DNA of 64,000 nucleotides from assembly GCF_001194135.2 (NCBI RefSeq), contig NC_068999.1, positions 51,981,315 to 52,045,314 on the forward strand. The letters are read 5' to 3'. The stretch is from Octopus bimaculoides. Lineage: Eukaryota. A model generated the notes under the pieces. That model saw only the letters and a list, made by a program, of their open reading frames with translations. It had not been told where the DNA came from and made no database searches. Position 1 is the first letter of the stretch. Each line of letters begins with the position of its first letter. Below are positions 26,327 to 40,900 of the stretch, one piece after another. The position numbers were made by a program, and so were the translations under genes.

Positions 26327-28211
26327 CACTAATTCATTGTAACCATCAAAAGAAACTCTACTGGCTCTGAGTGGTTGGCGTTAGGAAGGGCATCCAGCTG
26401 TAGAAACTCTGCCAAATCAGACTGGAGCCTGGTGTTGCCATCCGGTTTCACCAGTCCTCAGTCAAATCGTCCAACCCATGCTAGCATGGAAAGCGGACGT
26501 TAAACGATGATGATGATGATGATGATGATTTATGTGGTCCACATGCCATATTTTAATGGAGGTGATAATAGAATTTCTTTTCTTTCCCTTTTTTTGTTTT
26601 TGTTTTCCTTTTATTCTTAACCATATTTTATTTTGCATGCTACATTTATTTTGTTCACAAATATAACCAATATTTCAAAGACAGAGATTGATTACAAAAT
26701 TAAAATTTTCTAGAATTTTTTTTTTTTTCCCCATTAAGATATTTCCAAACTTTAGTCATATGAATATGTTTTTGTTTTTTTTCCCTTTTTGACATTATCA
26801 CTAAAACACACACATGCATGCATGCACACGCACACACACACACACACGCACGCACACACACACACACACACACACATCATACTATGAATCATTCATCAAT
26901 ATTCAATGTATGTATGCAAATATTACACTTCGCAATTTTTCTACCTTTCAGGTTTTCCAAAATATGGTTTTCATAATCTATTGGTTTTCTTTCAATCCAT
27001 TCAAGCATGCGCCTAAACATTTGATGTGTTGCTATTACAAATTTGCTAACTACTATTTGAGATCTGTTAACATGAAACACTTTTTATTTCTATGTATACA
27101 TTAAATACATTAAATGAGCTATTTCTCTCTCTCTCACTCTCTCTAATAATNNNNNNNNNNNNNNNNNNNNNNNNNNNNNNNNNNNNNNNNNNNNNNNNNN
27201 NNNNNNNNNNNNNNNNNNNNNNNNNNNNNNNNNNNNNNNNNNNNNNNNNNNNNNNNNNNNNNNNNNNNNNNNNNNNNNNNNNNNNNNNNNNNNNNNNNNN
27301 NNNNNNNNNNNNNNNNNNNNNNNNNNNNNNNNNNNNNNNNNNNNNNNNNNNNNNNNNNNNNNNNNNNNNNNNNNNNNNNNNNNNNNNNNNNNNNNNNNNN
27401 NNNNNNNNNNNNNNNNNNNNNNNNNNNNNNNNNNNNNNNNNNNNNNNNNNNNNNNNNNNNNNNNNNNNNNNNNNNNNNNNNNNNNNNNNNNNNNNNNNNN
27501 NNNNNNNNNNNNNNNNNNNNNNNNNNNNNNNNNNNNNNNNNNNNNNNNNNNNNNNNNNNNNNNNNNNNNNNNNNNNNNNNNNTATATATATATATACACA
27601 TGCACACATACACAATACACACACACACATTTATATATATATATATATATATATGCTTAAAAGTTCAGTATTAAACAAAATATCTGGTAGTATTTTAATT
27701 CTTCTCTATTACAATCTTTTGTTCCCAGTCAACTTTTTCTCTCATCCTATTCTGAGATCAACAAACTGACTTCAACTTTTCAAAGTCTCATGAGTGGATT
27801 TGGTAGATGGGAAGTGCAAGAAGCCAGTCATGCGTGTGTGTGTGTGTGTGTGTTTGTCCTTCACCACCGCTAGACAAATAGCGTTGGTGTGTTTACATAC
27901 CCATAACTTAGCAGTTCAGCAAAGGAAATCAAAAGAATAAATACCAAGCTTTAAAATAAAAAAGTGTTCGGGGTTGATCCATTTGACTAAAAGTTCTTCA
28001 AGGCAGTACCCCAGCATGACCGCAGTCTAATGACTGAAACAAGTAAAAGATAAAAGATGTGTTTCATTAATGGAAGTGTTTGATTTGCAATGTATTACTT
28101 TTCATCATCAAACCATCAACTACTTTATAGCAGATTAATAGAGGTATGGAATCTATGGACACCTAATTCTGTAGTAAAACCAATGTATCTATCACTCTGT
28201 TATAAAGTGGC

Positions 28212-28440
28212 TTAACTCTTTAGCATTTAAACTGGCCATATTCAGCCAAAATTTTCTACCTGTTCTATGTACAAACAGGTTAGATACAGACTCTCACACC
28301 TACCCTACAATGTCATTCTAATAATAAACAATCACATCATTGAAATCTCAAAGTTGTGAGATAATGCTTAATTAATTTTTTTTAATTGTGAATAAATGAG
28401 CATTACATTTGACAGAACAATCTAAATGCTAAAGGATTAA
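28212..28440. mobile_element. piggyBac-type MITE
   Basis: The ends are TTAA-ctctttagcattta and taaatgctaaagga-TTAA. The same right end recurs near 22630-22652. Confidence 0.7.
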
Positions 28441-29314
28441 GGTAATTTTATAAATTATACAATTTCTGATGATCTGAAGATATATTCTAATTATGAAGTA
28501 ATAATCCATATAACATATTTTCATAAATGAAACACATGAAAGAATGCATTAAATAAATGTAAAATCTCCATTCTTGTTTCATGTTCAGAACAAGATCTCA
28601 GATCGCCAAACTAGTACTACACCAAAATATGAATTATATAACTTGAGGAAAAAAAATTTCCCAAAATCTCTTAACACTGAAATTTGCCTAGTTTTTGTGG
28701 TGGATGAAATTTGTCATGCTGCCTCTCATCACACATATTGTGTCTAAACCAACCTAGGATCCCACATTAATTACTGTACTCAGTCTTTTCTACTCAGAAC
28801 ATCGACCCACTGGAATTCCCTTCTCCCTGTTCATATCTTTCCCACAGATGTTGACTCACAAAGATTCAGGTGAAACACTAATAGCAACAATCTCACCAGT
28901 CGAGGGACACCTCGTCAAGGCCCAGGAATTAAAAACAAATATTCATGTAAGAGTACAAAGGAATGAAAATAGAACTTAACACATTTTATGGGAGCTAAAA
29001 GTGTTTAAGTTGACTCTATCCTGCTTTACTCAGAATTTTGTTTAGTTCATCAGATGTCCAGCGACTAACGGAGAAGAGATTAAAATAACTTCTAAGTGAG
29101 AATATTTGGGGCTCTCCTATTGGTTAGTTCATGTCACATGGCTGAAAGAACAACACCATATATTGTTTATACATGTATGTATATTTTGATTTACTAACGT
29201 TGTTGTATTTATGTATGCAATTTAAATGAAAATTGATGAATTCCTAATAAGTTTACATGTGATATTAAACAATTTCCTGGACTTGGTATTTTCCTTGACC
29301 TAGCTTTTTTCCAG

Positions 29315-29382
29315 ATATTGAACTCAAGCCTCCAGAACCAAGTGTTGATCCATCAGACCCAGATGCAGGATGTTCGTGCTAA
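29315..29382 (+). CDS. Isolated candidate terminal exon encoding (D)IELKPPEPSVDPSDPDAGCSC-stop
   Basis: A strong acceptor (ccttgacctagcttttttccAG) precedes a GC-balanced 68-nt phase-1 frame ending in CXC-stop. No upstream exons were identified. Confidence 0.35.
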
Positions 29383-29412
29383 TATATACATATATATATA
29401 TATGTGTGTGTG

Positions 29413-29462
<50 letters not shown>

Positions 29463-31016
29463 NNNNNNNNNNNNNNNNNNNNNNNNNNNNNNNNNNNNNN
29501 NNNNNNNNNNNNNNNNNNNNNNNNNNNNNNNNNNNNNNNNNNNNNNNNNNNNNNNNNNNNNNNNNNNNNNNNNNNNNNNNNNNNNNNNNNNNNNNNNNNN
29601 NNNNNNNNNNNNNNNNNNNNNNNNNNNNNNNNNNNNNNNNNNNNNNNNNNNNNNNNNNNNNNNNNNNNNNNNNNNNNNNNNNNNNNNNNNNNNNNNNNNN
29701 NNNNNNNNNNNNNNNNNNNNNNNNNNNNNNNNNNNNNNNNNNNNNNNNNNNNNNNNNNNNNNNNNNNNNNNNNNNNNNNNNNNNNNNNNNNNNNNNNNNN
29801 NNNNNNNNNNNNNNNNNNNNNNNNNNNNNNNNNNNNNNNNNNNNNNNNNNNNNNNNNNNNNNNNNNNNNNNNNNNNNNNNNNNNNNNNNNNNNNNNNNNN
29901 NNNNNNNNNNNNNNNNNNNNNNNNNNNNNNNNNNNNNNNNNNNNNNNNNNNNNNNNNNNNNNNNNNNNNNNNNNNNNNNNNNNNNNNNNNNNNNNNNNNN
30001 NNNNNNNNNNNNNNNNNNNNNNNNNNNNNNNNNNNNNNNNNNNNNNNNNNNNNNNNNNNNNNNNNNNNNNNNNNNNNNATATATATATATATATATATAT
30101 ACATACATGTATGTATGTGTATGTATTTATATATATTTTTCCAATCACATACGAAAAGCAAACATGTACATGGGCACAATATTGGTGGTTGTGGTTGATG
30201 TGGCTGGTGAGATATTTACAGTGGAATGCTGATAACGTTTATTGCTGCTTTTTACCTCCTGCTAATAGATGCAGCTACACTAATTCCTTGATAATATTCT
30301 CCACTCTGCCTGAACACCAAGCTCTCTTCCAAATTCTCTTGCTAATATTTTTTTCTCTCTCACTCCTTCACTCTTTCTCTTTCTCTTTTTCTATGCACAC
30401 ACATATATACATATATATACATGCATATATATACATGCATATATATACACACATATATACATGCATAGTACATAGAGAGTATGGTTGAATCAGAAGACAC
30501 TATATTGTAAGGTTTGTATTTCTTAAGGAAAGGCCCGCCTTTCTGTTGTTGTCTACCCAAGAGTAAAACCTAGAACAGAGGCATCAGAACGTCAGTTCTA
30601 AATCATCATTTCACCCACAAACATACACACACACATGCACACACATACACACATACATGCACCCACACAATGCACAAATGCTTTATACAATGGGATTGAA
30701 CGTCCCATATTTCCCTGACATTTTCCATGTGTCCATAATCATCACCACCATTGCTGTCATTGTCACTGCCACAACCAACACCACCAGCACCAACAGCATT
30801 ACTTCATTATAGGTACCATTTCCACTATATCTGCTTGATGTTAATGATGTTAGTACTGAATACAGGGGCGGGGGAGGCCTTGCATTGTGGTTGTCTGTAT
30901 TTTTGCTTTGGGTTTGTTAACAGTATACCCATAATGGTAGCTGTATGTGCATATCTATATGAATGTATTTGTATTATATATATATATATATATTAATGTT
31001 TGTTTTTAATGCTAAT

Positions 31017-31272
31017 TTATAATAAAAACAATTTTACACTAATTTGATGGGTTACTCCATACTTTTGTAGAGTACAAATTTATTAGTCTTATACAAAAAT
31101 CTTGTTGATAGTGACTTCGAAATTTTGGCCAGCTAAGTCATCCGGTAATGGCTTAGCTGGCTGAAACTTCGAAGTCACTGTCAACAACATTCTTGTTTAA
31201 GAATAACAAATTTCTACTCTACAGACATATAGAATAATCCATCAGGTTAATGTAAAATTGCTTTTATTATAA
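31017..31272. repeat. Fold-back element (~125-bp arms, 6-nt spacer) centred on a hammerhead remnant
   Basis: Arms 31017-31141 and 31148-31272 are roughly 85% complementary by eye. The right arm reads GGCT(tagct)GGCT-GAAAC-TTCGAA-GTC (31150-31176). Confidence 0.85.
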
Positions 31273-33616
31273 CTGAACATAAAAATAAGCACACACACAC
31301 AGAACAGGCTTCTTCCAGTTTCCATCTATCATATCCACTCACATGGATGTGGTCAGCCCAAAGCTATAGCAGAAGACACTTGATCCATGTTCTGCACAGT
31401 AGAATTGAACCCGAAACCACATTGTTAGGAAGCAAGCTTCTTAACCACACAGCCATGCCTGTGCCAACCACATATAATATNNNNNNNNNNATATATATGT
31501 ATGTATCTGTTTATAATATGCTCTTGATGCAACTTCTCAACCCACACCCCACCCCATCCTGTCCCATCCTTCAGATAATAAGATAATAATTTATAATCAT
31601 TAATTTATCATAATTTCTAATGTATTGTGTATATGTGTGTGCCTTTATATATAAAATAGAAAAGATAACCATTTTATAAAGACACTAGCATTACAACAGT
31701 ATTCTTTAAATTTGTAATAGTTCAAAACAGTCTTTTATTTCAATGTCTTTTAATGTATATTTTGTTTCTGTTGTTGTTGTCATTGTTGTTGTTATTATTA
31801 TTATTATTATCATTATTAAAGCAGCAAGCTGGCGGAATCCTCAGCATTTCTTCCAGTTTTATGTTATGAGCTCAAATTCCGCCAATTTGGGAGTCAATAA
31901 AATAAGTACCAGTTGAGCACTGAGGTCAATGTAATCGACTATCCCCCTCCCCCAAAATTGCTGGCCTTGTGCCAAAATTTGAAAGCAATATTATTATTAT
32001 TGTTGTTATGGGTTTGGTAAAGCATTGGAAAAATACCTTGCAGTATGTCTTCTGGCTCTTACATATGTCCCTGAGATCAATTTTGCTTTTGCTTTTCGTC
32101 CCTCAATAGTTGATAATAAAATAAAGTACCAGTCAAGTACCGCAATTGGTATATCAACTAACCCTCCCTCCNNNNNNNNNNNNNNNNNNNNNNNNNNNNN
32201 NNNNNNNNNNNNNNNNNNNNNNNNNNNNNNNNNNNNNNNNNNNNNNNNNNNNNNNNNNNNNNNNNNNNNNNNNNNNNNNNNNNNNNNNNNNNNNNNNNNN
32301 NNNNNNNNNNNNNNNNNNNNATGTTAGAAACAATTATTATTTTTGCTGTTATTTGTTCCTTTCTTGTTGCCCTTTTCTTTTGTGATATACTGTCTCGATG
32401 ATATTTGGGAATTGTGTCAAATGGGTCCTTTAGGGTGGGCATGTAAGGAATTAGATTAGCCAGAAACTGGCTAGTGTTGTTTCCATAGATTTGGCTCTTT
32501 GCTTTGTTTTTGTTCTGTTTTTTTGTTGTTGTTGTTTTGGTGGGGTGGTGTTTTGTTTGTTTTTTGTTGTTTTTTTAAATTATTCTACTTATTACTTTGT
32601 TTCAAATAGTTCCTCCTTCACCTGCATACATCAAGCATGAATACCCTTTAGATTTGCTGCAGATTCTTATATAAATTTCTATATTTTTTCTTTTTTTTCT
32701 TTATTTAGCTGTCTCCTTATATTTTAAAACTAGGTATATAATAAAAAATTTACCTGTATCATTTTCTTTTCTTTTCTTTTTTTTTTCCAAAGTATATTCT
32801 TGCTTAGATTTTTGTCTCTGCTGTCAGGAAAATATAAATCTGTTTCTGTAACTTCTGTAACACTTTCATGTATCTTAATTAACCAGTTCCTATTGTTTTA
32901 TGTCATTCAATACATATAACAAACCTGACCAAATAGCAACATATTTTAGATTCTTATACAATATTTTAAAAAGAAACTCAACTTTTTGTCAACTTTATTT
33001 GATTGATTGAGAAGTTACCGGTTGAAAGTATGGTAGTTTTAGATATTTTTCATTTATTTATTTATTTTTTTTTTCAACAAACATAAGAGTTGGTCAAATT
33101 GAATTCAAATTTCATATTTGTGTGTGTTATCTGCATACACAAACGTTTGCCTACCGACTAATCCAAGACAATCAGAAACATTTTGGCATAAGAATATGAA
33201 AGTTTCTTATGTTCTGGGAATTATTATCTACTTATTTAAAGCATATAGACAGCTAATGTAAATTATGCCAAAGGAAAGCATTTTGAAATTAAAAAAAAAT
33301 AAAACTGAGTGATCATAACTTTAATACAAGGGGAATCTTTAAGGCCTGTAGAATACAAACCTGCCTATCTACTTACACACACACACATGCACACACACAC
33401 ACACACGCACACACGCACATTCACATGCATATACATATGACGTTGAGCGGTATAGTACTGCTTATAGCATAAAACTGGTCAGAATGTTACCAGTGGTTTC
33501 ATGTTGACTATTGCACTTGGCAATATTGATAACTTGTCAGCCATGTGTGTAACTGACAGTAACTTTGTAATAAGGTATATACTATAACAGAGTACTTATA
33601 CTGCTCGACTAATATA

Positions 33617-33724
33617 TGTGTGTGTGTGTGTGTGTGTGTANNNNNNNNNNNNNNNNTGTATACATATATATATGTATGTGTGTGTGTATATGTATATATG
33701 TACATGTATATATGTATATATACA

Positions 33725-33768
<44 letters not shown>

Positions 33769-33824
33769 CACACACACGCACATATATATACACATATATA
33801 TGTATATATATACATATATATATA

Positions 33825-33870
<46 letters not shown>
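33617..33870. repeat. Compound (TG)n/(TA)n/(CA)n microsatellite, representative of dozens in the window
   Basis: Directly visible. Similar fields lie at 35.0-35.8 kb, 43.4-45.3 kb and at the edges of most N gaps. Confidence 0.95.
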
Positions 33871-33871
<1 letters not shown>

Positions 33872-34952
33872 TCTAGTTTTTCATTACAATATCTTTTTCC
33901 CTTCTTTAATATTCCTACTTTCTCTGCCCAGAATTTGCCTTTATTTAAATACAGTGATGATACATGCTTCTCTCTTAATTGCCATTGTATTTCCAATGGA
34001 ACGAGGTTTCTTCAGAAGCAGATTTATTGAAATTACAATTGTGCAATTTCTAATTCGTTATGAATAATAAATATTGGTTCTGATATGTTTTGCTTTTTAT
34101 TCAAAGCATAACCAAAATTATTTTTTCAATGATGCTATTTTTTTTTTCCTTCTCTATAAGCATTGATTTTATTTAGTCTTGCAATTGTTTTATTTCATTT
34201 TTTTTTCTCATATCATATCTATATTATTTTGAAAAGACTATCAATATTTATTTTACATTTCTGAAAATGTGGTTAACTGTGTTGGCCTGAAAAGTTAACA
34301 CTTTAAACCTGATACAACACTTGTTACTTACAGTTTTACTTAGAAAACAAGTAATAAATCATTATGAAAAAAAATGAACTAACCTTGAAAATAATGTTTG
34401 CATGTATTTCAAAATAAATAATCATAAACCGTTGTTATTATGTCCTATAATATCTCTTGGATGTTCAGTTTTGACTTTTGTACAGAGCTGTTTGAATTTA
34501 GTTTCATGTGTTCTTTTTTGTTTTGTTTTGTTTCTCTTTTTGTTTTTTTTTGTTTTTTTGGAAACTATGTGAAAATCATTTATGAAATAAAAGAGGCTTA
34601 CTTAAATTTTGCATGGAAAAAAAATGGGATACAAACTGTTTATAACATCTCTTGTCTTGTTGCTTGAAAGAATATTTTTATGGCTCTTTCTCTCCAATAG
34701 AAACATAATTTTTGCTTCAAACCAGGTTACATTGTTTTATACTTTTTGAGTTTTTTTTTGTTATTTATTTTTATAAATATCTCTACTGTGTTTTTGTTTT
34801 TCTCTGAGTCTTGACTCTAACTCTATCTAACATTTAAGCTGACAACCAAGTACAATGTCACAAAATAAAAGATTCTATGGAGAGTGATTCCATTGCTGAT
34901 CAAAGATGACCTGATGAATAAGTTTATAAATAAAAACTGAAAATTACATACA

Positions 34953-34986
<34 letters not shown>

Positions 34987-35455
34987 TGAACACACACATA
35001 CACACACATATATACACACAAAATTAAGTATAGTATATATATTTATATATACATGTGTGTGTGTTATACATGTATATATGTATATATGCATACACATGTA
35101 TGTTTGTGTGTGTATTATATATTATGTATATATGTATGACTCATGCAAGAGATGATAAAGTGCATGTTAAATGATGATGAAGAGGATGATGATGTACATG
35201 TGTATACATACATATATACGTGTGCATGTATGTATATATACATATATGCATTATATATAATATATATATATACACATGTATGTATATATACTCACACACA
35301 TTACATATATATATATTTATTTATATCATATACATTATACATGTATGTCGATTTGTTCGACTAAAGGCAGTGCTCCAGCATGGCTGCAGTCAAATGACTG
35401 AAACAAGTACAAGAGTATATATATATAAATGCATGTATGCAGGTATATACACACA

Positions 35456-35502
<47 letters not shown>

Positions 35503-36137
35503 CAGTAATTTTATTGTTAAGCAATGGAATCACAGAATTTCTTACCCTATTTCTCAACTTTCTTCCCACCCATTTATCTTAAACAGCACATGCTTTTCAA
35601 TTCTACAGTTAACCTGGCTGCTTCTCTATGTATATTCTGGCAAATACAGGTATATACCTTATATATGTATATATATGTATGTATGTATATATATATCGAT
35701 ATCTAAATGTTGTGTATATAATATATATCAACACATATGTACACATATATATATATATATATATCTGTGAGTGTATGTCTGTGTGTGCATGTGTGTGTAT
35801 ATACGTACATATATGAGTATATGTGCATGTATGTAAGCAAACAATTTCTGAATAGATATATTTATTCAAAGTTTTTCATGAAATCTTTCTCTTGTAAAAT
35901 TCTTTATTTAGAAATAAATTACAGAAAAGACACTAAAATAAAGAAAAGTTTCTTTTAGTTATTTTTTTTAAAAATGATTTATCTATCATTCATTTATAAT
36001 CAAAGCATAAACGAAAACATACATATGTATATATAAATATATATTGTATGTATGTATTCTTCCTACTTTTTCTAGTTTTCAGTCTGGGACTTCAACATAC
36101 ATATACCTTTGTATGTGTGTTATCAAATATCTATATG

Positions 36138-36171
<34 letters not shown>

Positions 36172-37002
36172 TCTTTATCATAATACAACAGTCCATTAAA
36201 AGTTATAAATACTGCTAATTTATTTCAAGGTATGTATTTCTTGATATAATCAGTAATGTATTTCAACTTTTTTGCATACAATGGCTGAGATTCCTTATAA
36301 AAATTACCAAAGAGTTAGTTGAATTATCAGCCTCGTTTTATTTTTTTATCACTTTTAGTGCAATTACAGTGTAGTTACTTGGACAGTGGGGCCAATCAGT
36401 TGCGTATATATGTATGTGTTGACACACACATGCACATGCACACACACACACACACACATAAATGGCTTAGTGAGATGAGGCAGTTGTATGGATGTGATTT
36501 TACTCAGAGTAACTAAGGCTGATTAGAGGAAATGAAGCTGTCTTCATACTTGAGACTCAGTTCAAGTGCTTGCAACAGAGTAGACTCCATTATGAGCATC
36601 CATGTGATGGTATTGAACTAGACAATAAATTATATTTACTGTTTAAAAAGAAAAAAGAACAGTTCCTCTAGCCAGCTTGCACACTGTTTCTATTATGCAA
36701 ATATCATTCGCAAGGCTTTTGTTGACCAAAATCTTTGGTTGAAGAAAGTTGCTCAAAATGCCATGGATTTACAAGGAGAACTTCTTACTCATGTAGCTAT
36801 GACTTACACTATTGAGTGTACATATAAAGATAAGACATTTGTAGGCAGTGAAATGTTATCCTAATACAGTCATTGGCAAGGTAGCATGCTACAAGCATAA
36901 GGAGATATCCCAATAAAGGAAATTGCATGGTATTCTACTACGAACAATGGATGATATTTTGATAAAGACAGTGATGAGACAGGGTCAGTAAAATGATGTC
37001 AT

Positions 37003-37290
37003 TAGAAGTAGTGAAAAGATATCTTGACAGAGGCAGAAGAGAAATACCTTGCTAGAGGAGAGTGGAAAAATATGCCACTAGAGGCAGTGAAAAGATATCC
37101 TGACAGAAGCAGTGAAGTGATATCCAGATAGATTCAATGAATATGTGTCACTAGAGGCAGTGAGGTAATATCCAAATAGAAGTAGTGAAATGATATCCTA
37201 ATAGAGGAAGTAAAAATGTCTTACTAGAAAAGATACACCACTGGAAGTGGTGAAAATATATCCCAAGAGAGGCAGTGAACAGATATTCTG
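37003..37290. repeat. Degenerate minisatellite, unit about 25 bp (tagaggcagtgaaaagatatcc)
   Basis: About ten divergent units are visible by eye. Confidence 0.7.
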
Positions 37291-37622
37291 TTTGTAATGT
37301 AATATAGATTATGACAAACATACACAGCTCATAGACCAATTACTCTTTATCATTGCATTTTGAAATATTCATGGCATAATGATTTGTATCATTGTTTATA
37401 GTCTAGAAAAGATGATTGGATTGGTAGAACTAGTAGAACGTTGAAATAAATGCATTGTGATATTTAGTTACATCTCTTGTGTGTTCTGAGTTCAAATCCT
37501 GCCAGGGTTGATTTTCTATTTCATCCTTCCAAGATTGACTGATAAAATATGCACCAGTCAATTACTGGAGTAAATTAGATCAACTTACCTCTTCCCTATA
37601 AATGTATAGCCTTGTGTCTGTT

Positions 37623-37663
<41 letters not shown>

Positions 37664-37776
37664 NNNNNNNNNNNNNNNNNNNNNNNNNNNNNNNNNNNNN
37701 NNNNNNNNNNNNNNNNNATATATATCCAGAAGAATCCCAAAGGAATCAAATGTAAGTTGCATAATTGTACATACGT

Positions 37777-37815
<39 letters not shown>

Positions 37816-37878
37816 CATTTCACTCCTCACAACAAATCAGCTCACTGTCATTTATTTTTATTTACTACAGACATTTCC

Positions 37879-37918
<40 letters not shown>

Positions 37919-40900
37919 AAAACTAAGCCTTTATTGAGCTCTTTCATTCTGTTAATGGTTATTTCATGAAGCGTGGGGGAGAAAAAATAATTATCATTAA
38001 ATGTAAGAAAAAGAGTCAAACCAAATATTTCGGAGGGATGCAGAAAGTTACATTATGCAATTATATTTGGGAAGCAGGTGTAGGGAATTTTTTTTAGTAC
38101 CAGAGCCAAATTGTGAAGAACTTTAAGTTTTACATATCCATAGGTAAGCAACTTACATTAAATCATTGTTTTAGTCTTAATGTTTAAACTGTTTATTTCT
38201 TTTCAGTTTTTTTACAAGTGTTTGGAGCACTTGTACTCTCAATGCTTAAAAGCTCAGTGTCTACTTTCACTAAATAGCATTTTTAAATGCTATGTTTTAC
38301 CAAAACAAAAAAGAAAATGGAAAGAGAATTCGCAACAAATTATTTAAACTATACAGAATTATCACCAGTCATGTTTCTGTTTTCTGATAACATCATGTCC
38401 CATTAATGTTCTAATCCCAACAAAGATTTTTTTTTTTTTGAAAATGTTTGAAATATGAGTATTGTTACTCAATTTAAAAATTCTATTTCTGAGGGGAAAA
38501 AATCACGGTCCCTTTAAATAACCAGTGCCCTCAGGTTGCCCCCGTCCCCACCCCCTTCTAAGTTCTCAATGCTCCTAAGGGATATTACTACTGCCTAGGT
38601 TAAGAACCATCGGTTTAAAGACTACATCAGGAGCAGTTTCAAATTGATTGTGGGTGAAATTATGCCTTTGGGCAATGAAAGTTTCCCAACACTTGTAAAG
38701 TGAAACCATGGCTCAATGAAGAACGTTTAATACTTAAATTATTGTTTTACTTATCAAATGACTTTATGGGTTTTTTTGTTTTTGTCTTTTTTTCTTCCTC
38801 CTTTTAGTTTTGTTGTTTATTTTTCCTTATAAATTAAAAAGTATATATTTGAAGTTTAACATTTTATTCTTAACAATGTAGTGAACTACATTAACCTTGA
38901 AGAAATAATATTCAGCAAGGTGAAAGAAAAGTTTCTTTTGCTGTGTTAGTCATAATTAGTCAGTCATATTTTACTCTGTGTAGTCAATCATAGCTTACTG
39001 TAATGTTAATGTCATATCATTCTCATACGTAAGTCATATGTAATGTTTTATGTTAGTATATGTTATTGTTATGTACAGTCAGTTATATATAACCTGTCAT
39101 AGTTAGTCAATCATATGTGGTTAGTCAAACAATTAGTCATATGTTACTGTCATACATAGTTATATGTTGCTGCCATATGTAGTCAATTATATTATCGCGT
39201 GTATTTGGTCATATATGTGCATGTATGTCTGCACTGTGTTTTGGCAGTATTTTGTAAGTGTATTTGTAAATTTGTGAATGATTTTACTGCATATTTTCCC
39301 GAAACAAAGCATTCTTTGACATTCAGTCTGTATTTGAATCAGTATTTTACTAAAAGAAAGCTTGCTACCTAATGTAAATGTCATTGAGGTGTAGCTAAAA
39401 ATTATAGTGGATCCCTAAAGTGGATAAAATTGATTCAATCTGATCTAGTAACCTAGTCTTAACTGGTTGATTTGCTAAGTAGGAAAGAGCTATAATAATA
39501 ACTTTTAAATAAATGATTTTTAAGAAGTCTTCAAGCGCCATACTTCAAGTAGTATCTTGAAAGTAATCTAAGAACTTTTACATTTTGGAAATAGTTCATT
39601 GTTTTGCTCTAAGCAGACTGACTGTGGTAGTTGGAAGAGCATGTATTCTGGTCTTCATTTAGATTGAAGTTTAGATGATAAATCAAACCATCTGCATTTA
39701 AGATATTGATCTATGTTTCAAAAGAAATAGAATCTTCACAAATTAATGAAAAATATATATTTGTTGCTTTATTAGTTCATATGTTAACTTATGCTTAAAT
39801 TCCCAGAATATTAATGTCATGTTCTATATTTGCCAAGATGTCTAGTGTATCAGTAAATAGATTTGTATTGCAGGACATAAAAAATGTTTCCAATTTTTCA
39901 TAATAAATTTAATATTTAAAAATGAAAGAAATGGAGTTTTTTTTTTTTTTTTTGTAAGTGATATCAGAAAACAATTTATGTTGTACAAAACTACATTTAT
40001 TATGTGATTGTATGAGCATCACTTCAAGATACCAATGCTAAATTTTCAAAGAGGTAACAAAAATGCAGTTTATCAACTTCATTAAATGCAATTTTGAAAC
40101 TTTTACGAGCTTTCTATCTAACAAAAAAAAAAAATTTTTTTAAATACAATTTATTTTTATTTTTCTATAAAATAAAAAAAAATGAGTTGAGTTTTTTCCT
40201 TGTTAATTGAGATATTTATGTTGCAAAATAGAAATATCAAGTTGTGATCTAATATTTAAAAAAAAATATTTTTAAAAATCTTGTTGCTTTATTTTTAATT
40301 CTGTTAATCTTATTATTTTATTATTATTATTTTTTTTTACCGTAAAATATTCTTTATATCTTACTCCGTTCCTCAATAGCTTGTACATGTGATGAATGAT
40401 AAAGTTTAAGTGATAACAACTGTCCCTTCTTACAGTTAATAAATATAAAGATTTAGCTAAATCAGGCCCTTGCCAATAATATATACAAAAAAAAAAACTA
40501 AAAAAAAAAGACAATGATTGTTTTCACCCTCACCTATATGTGTTGATTTTTTATCAATATTGTCTTGAAAGTATCTGGAATATTTCTCTCCATATCTACC
40601 ATTCTGTATTTTCTATGTTGTTTATCTATATGCTAAATTCTCTTTGTTCTATTAACATTCAACACTTACCATTTCAAAATTGGGACCAGTGAAGTAACAG
40701 ACATTTTCTAACATAAAATGATTGAGAAAGAAAAAGAAAAGAGAGAAACTTTTCCACATACATAGAAAAAGAGGTGATGTGTGGGGTGGGGGAGTAAATT
40801 TGTTTCCAAATCAAATACGTCTTTCATTTTTTTCTTTTATGGTGGGTTTGGTTCCTGGGATTTCAGTAGATACATTTCTAAAGACTTTTTTGTTTCTAAA

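Noticed and set aside
33508-34067. YI/CV/HT-repeat ORFs here and at 35.1-35.9 and 43.8-45.3 kb
   Set aside because: They are translations of dinucleotide microsatellites.
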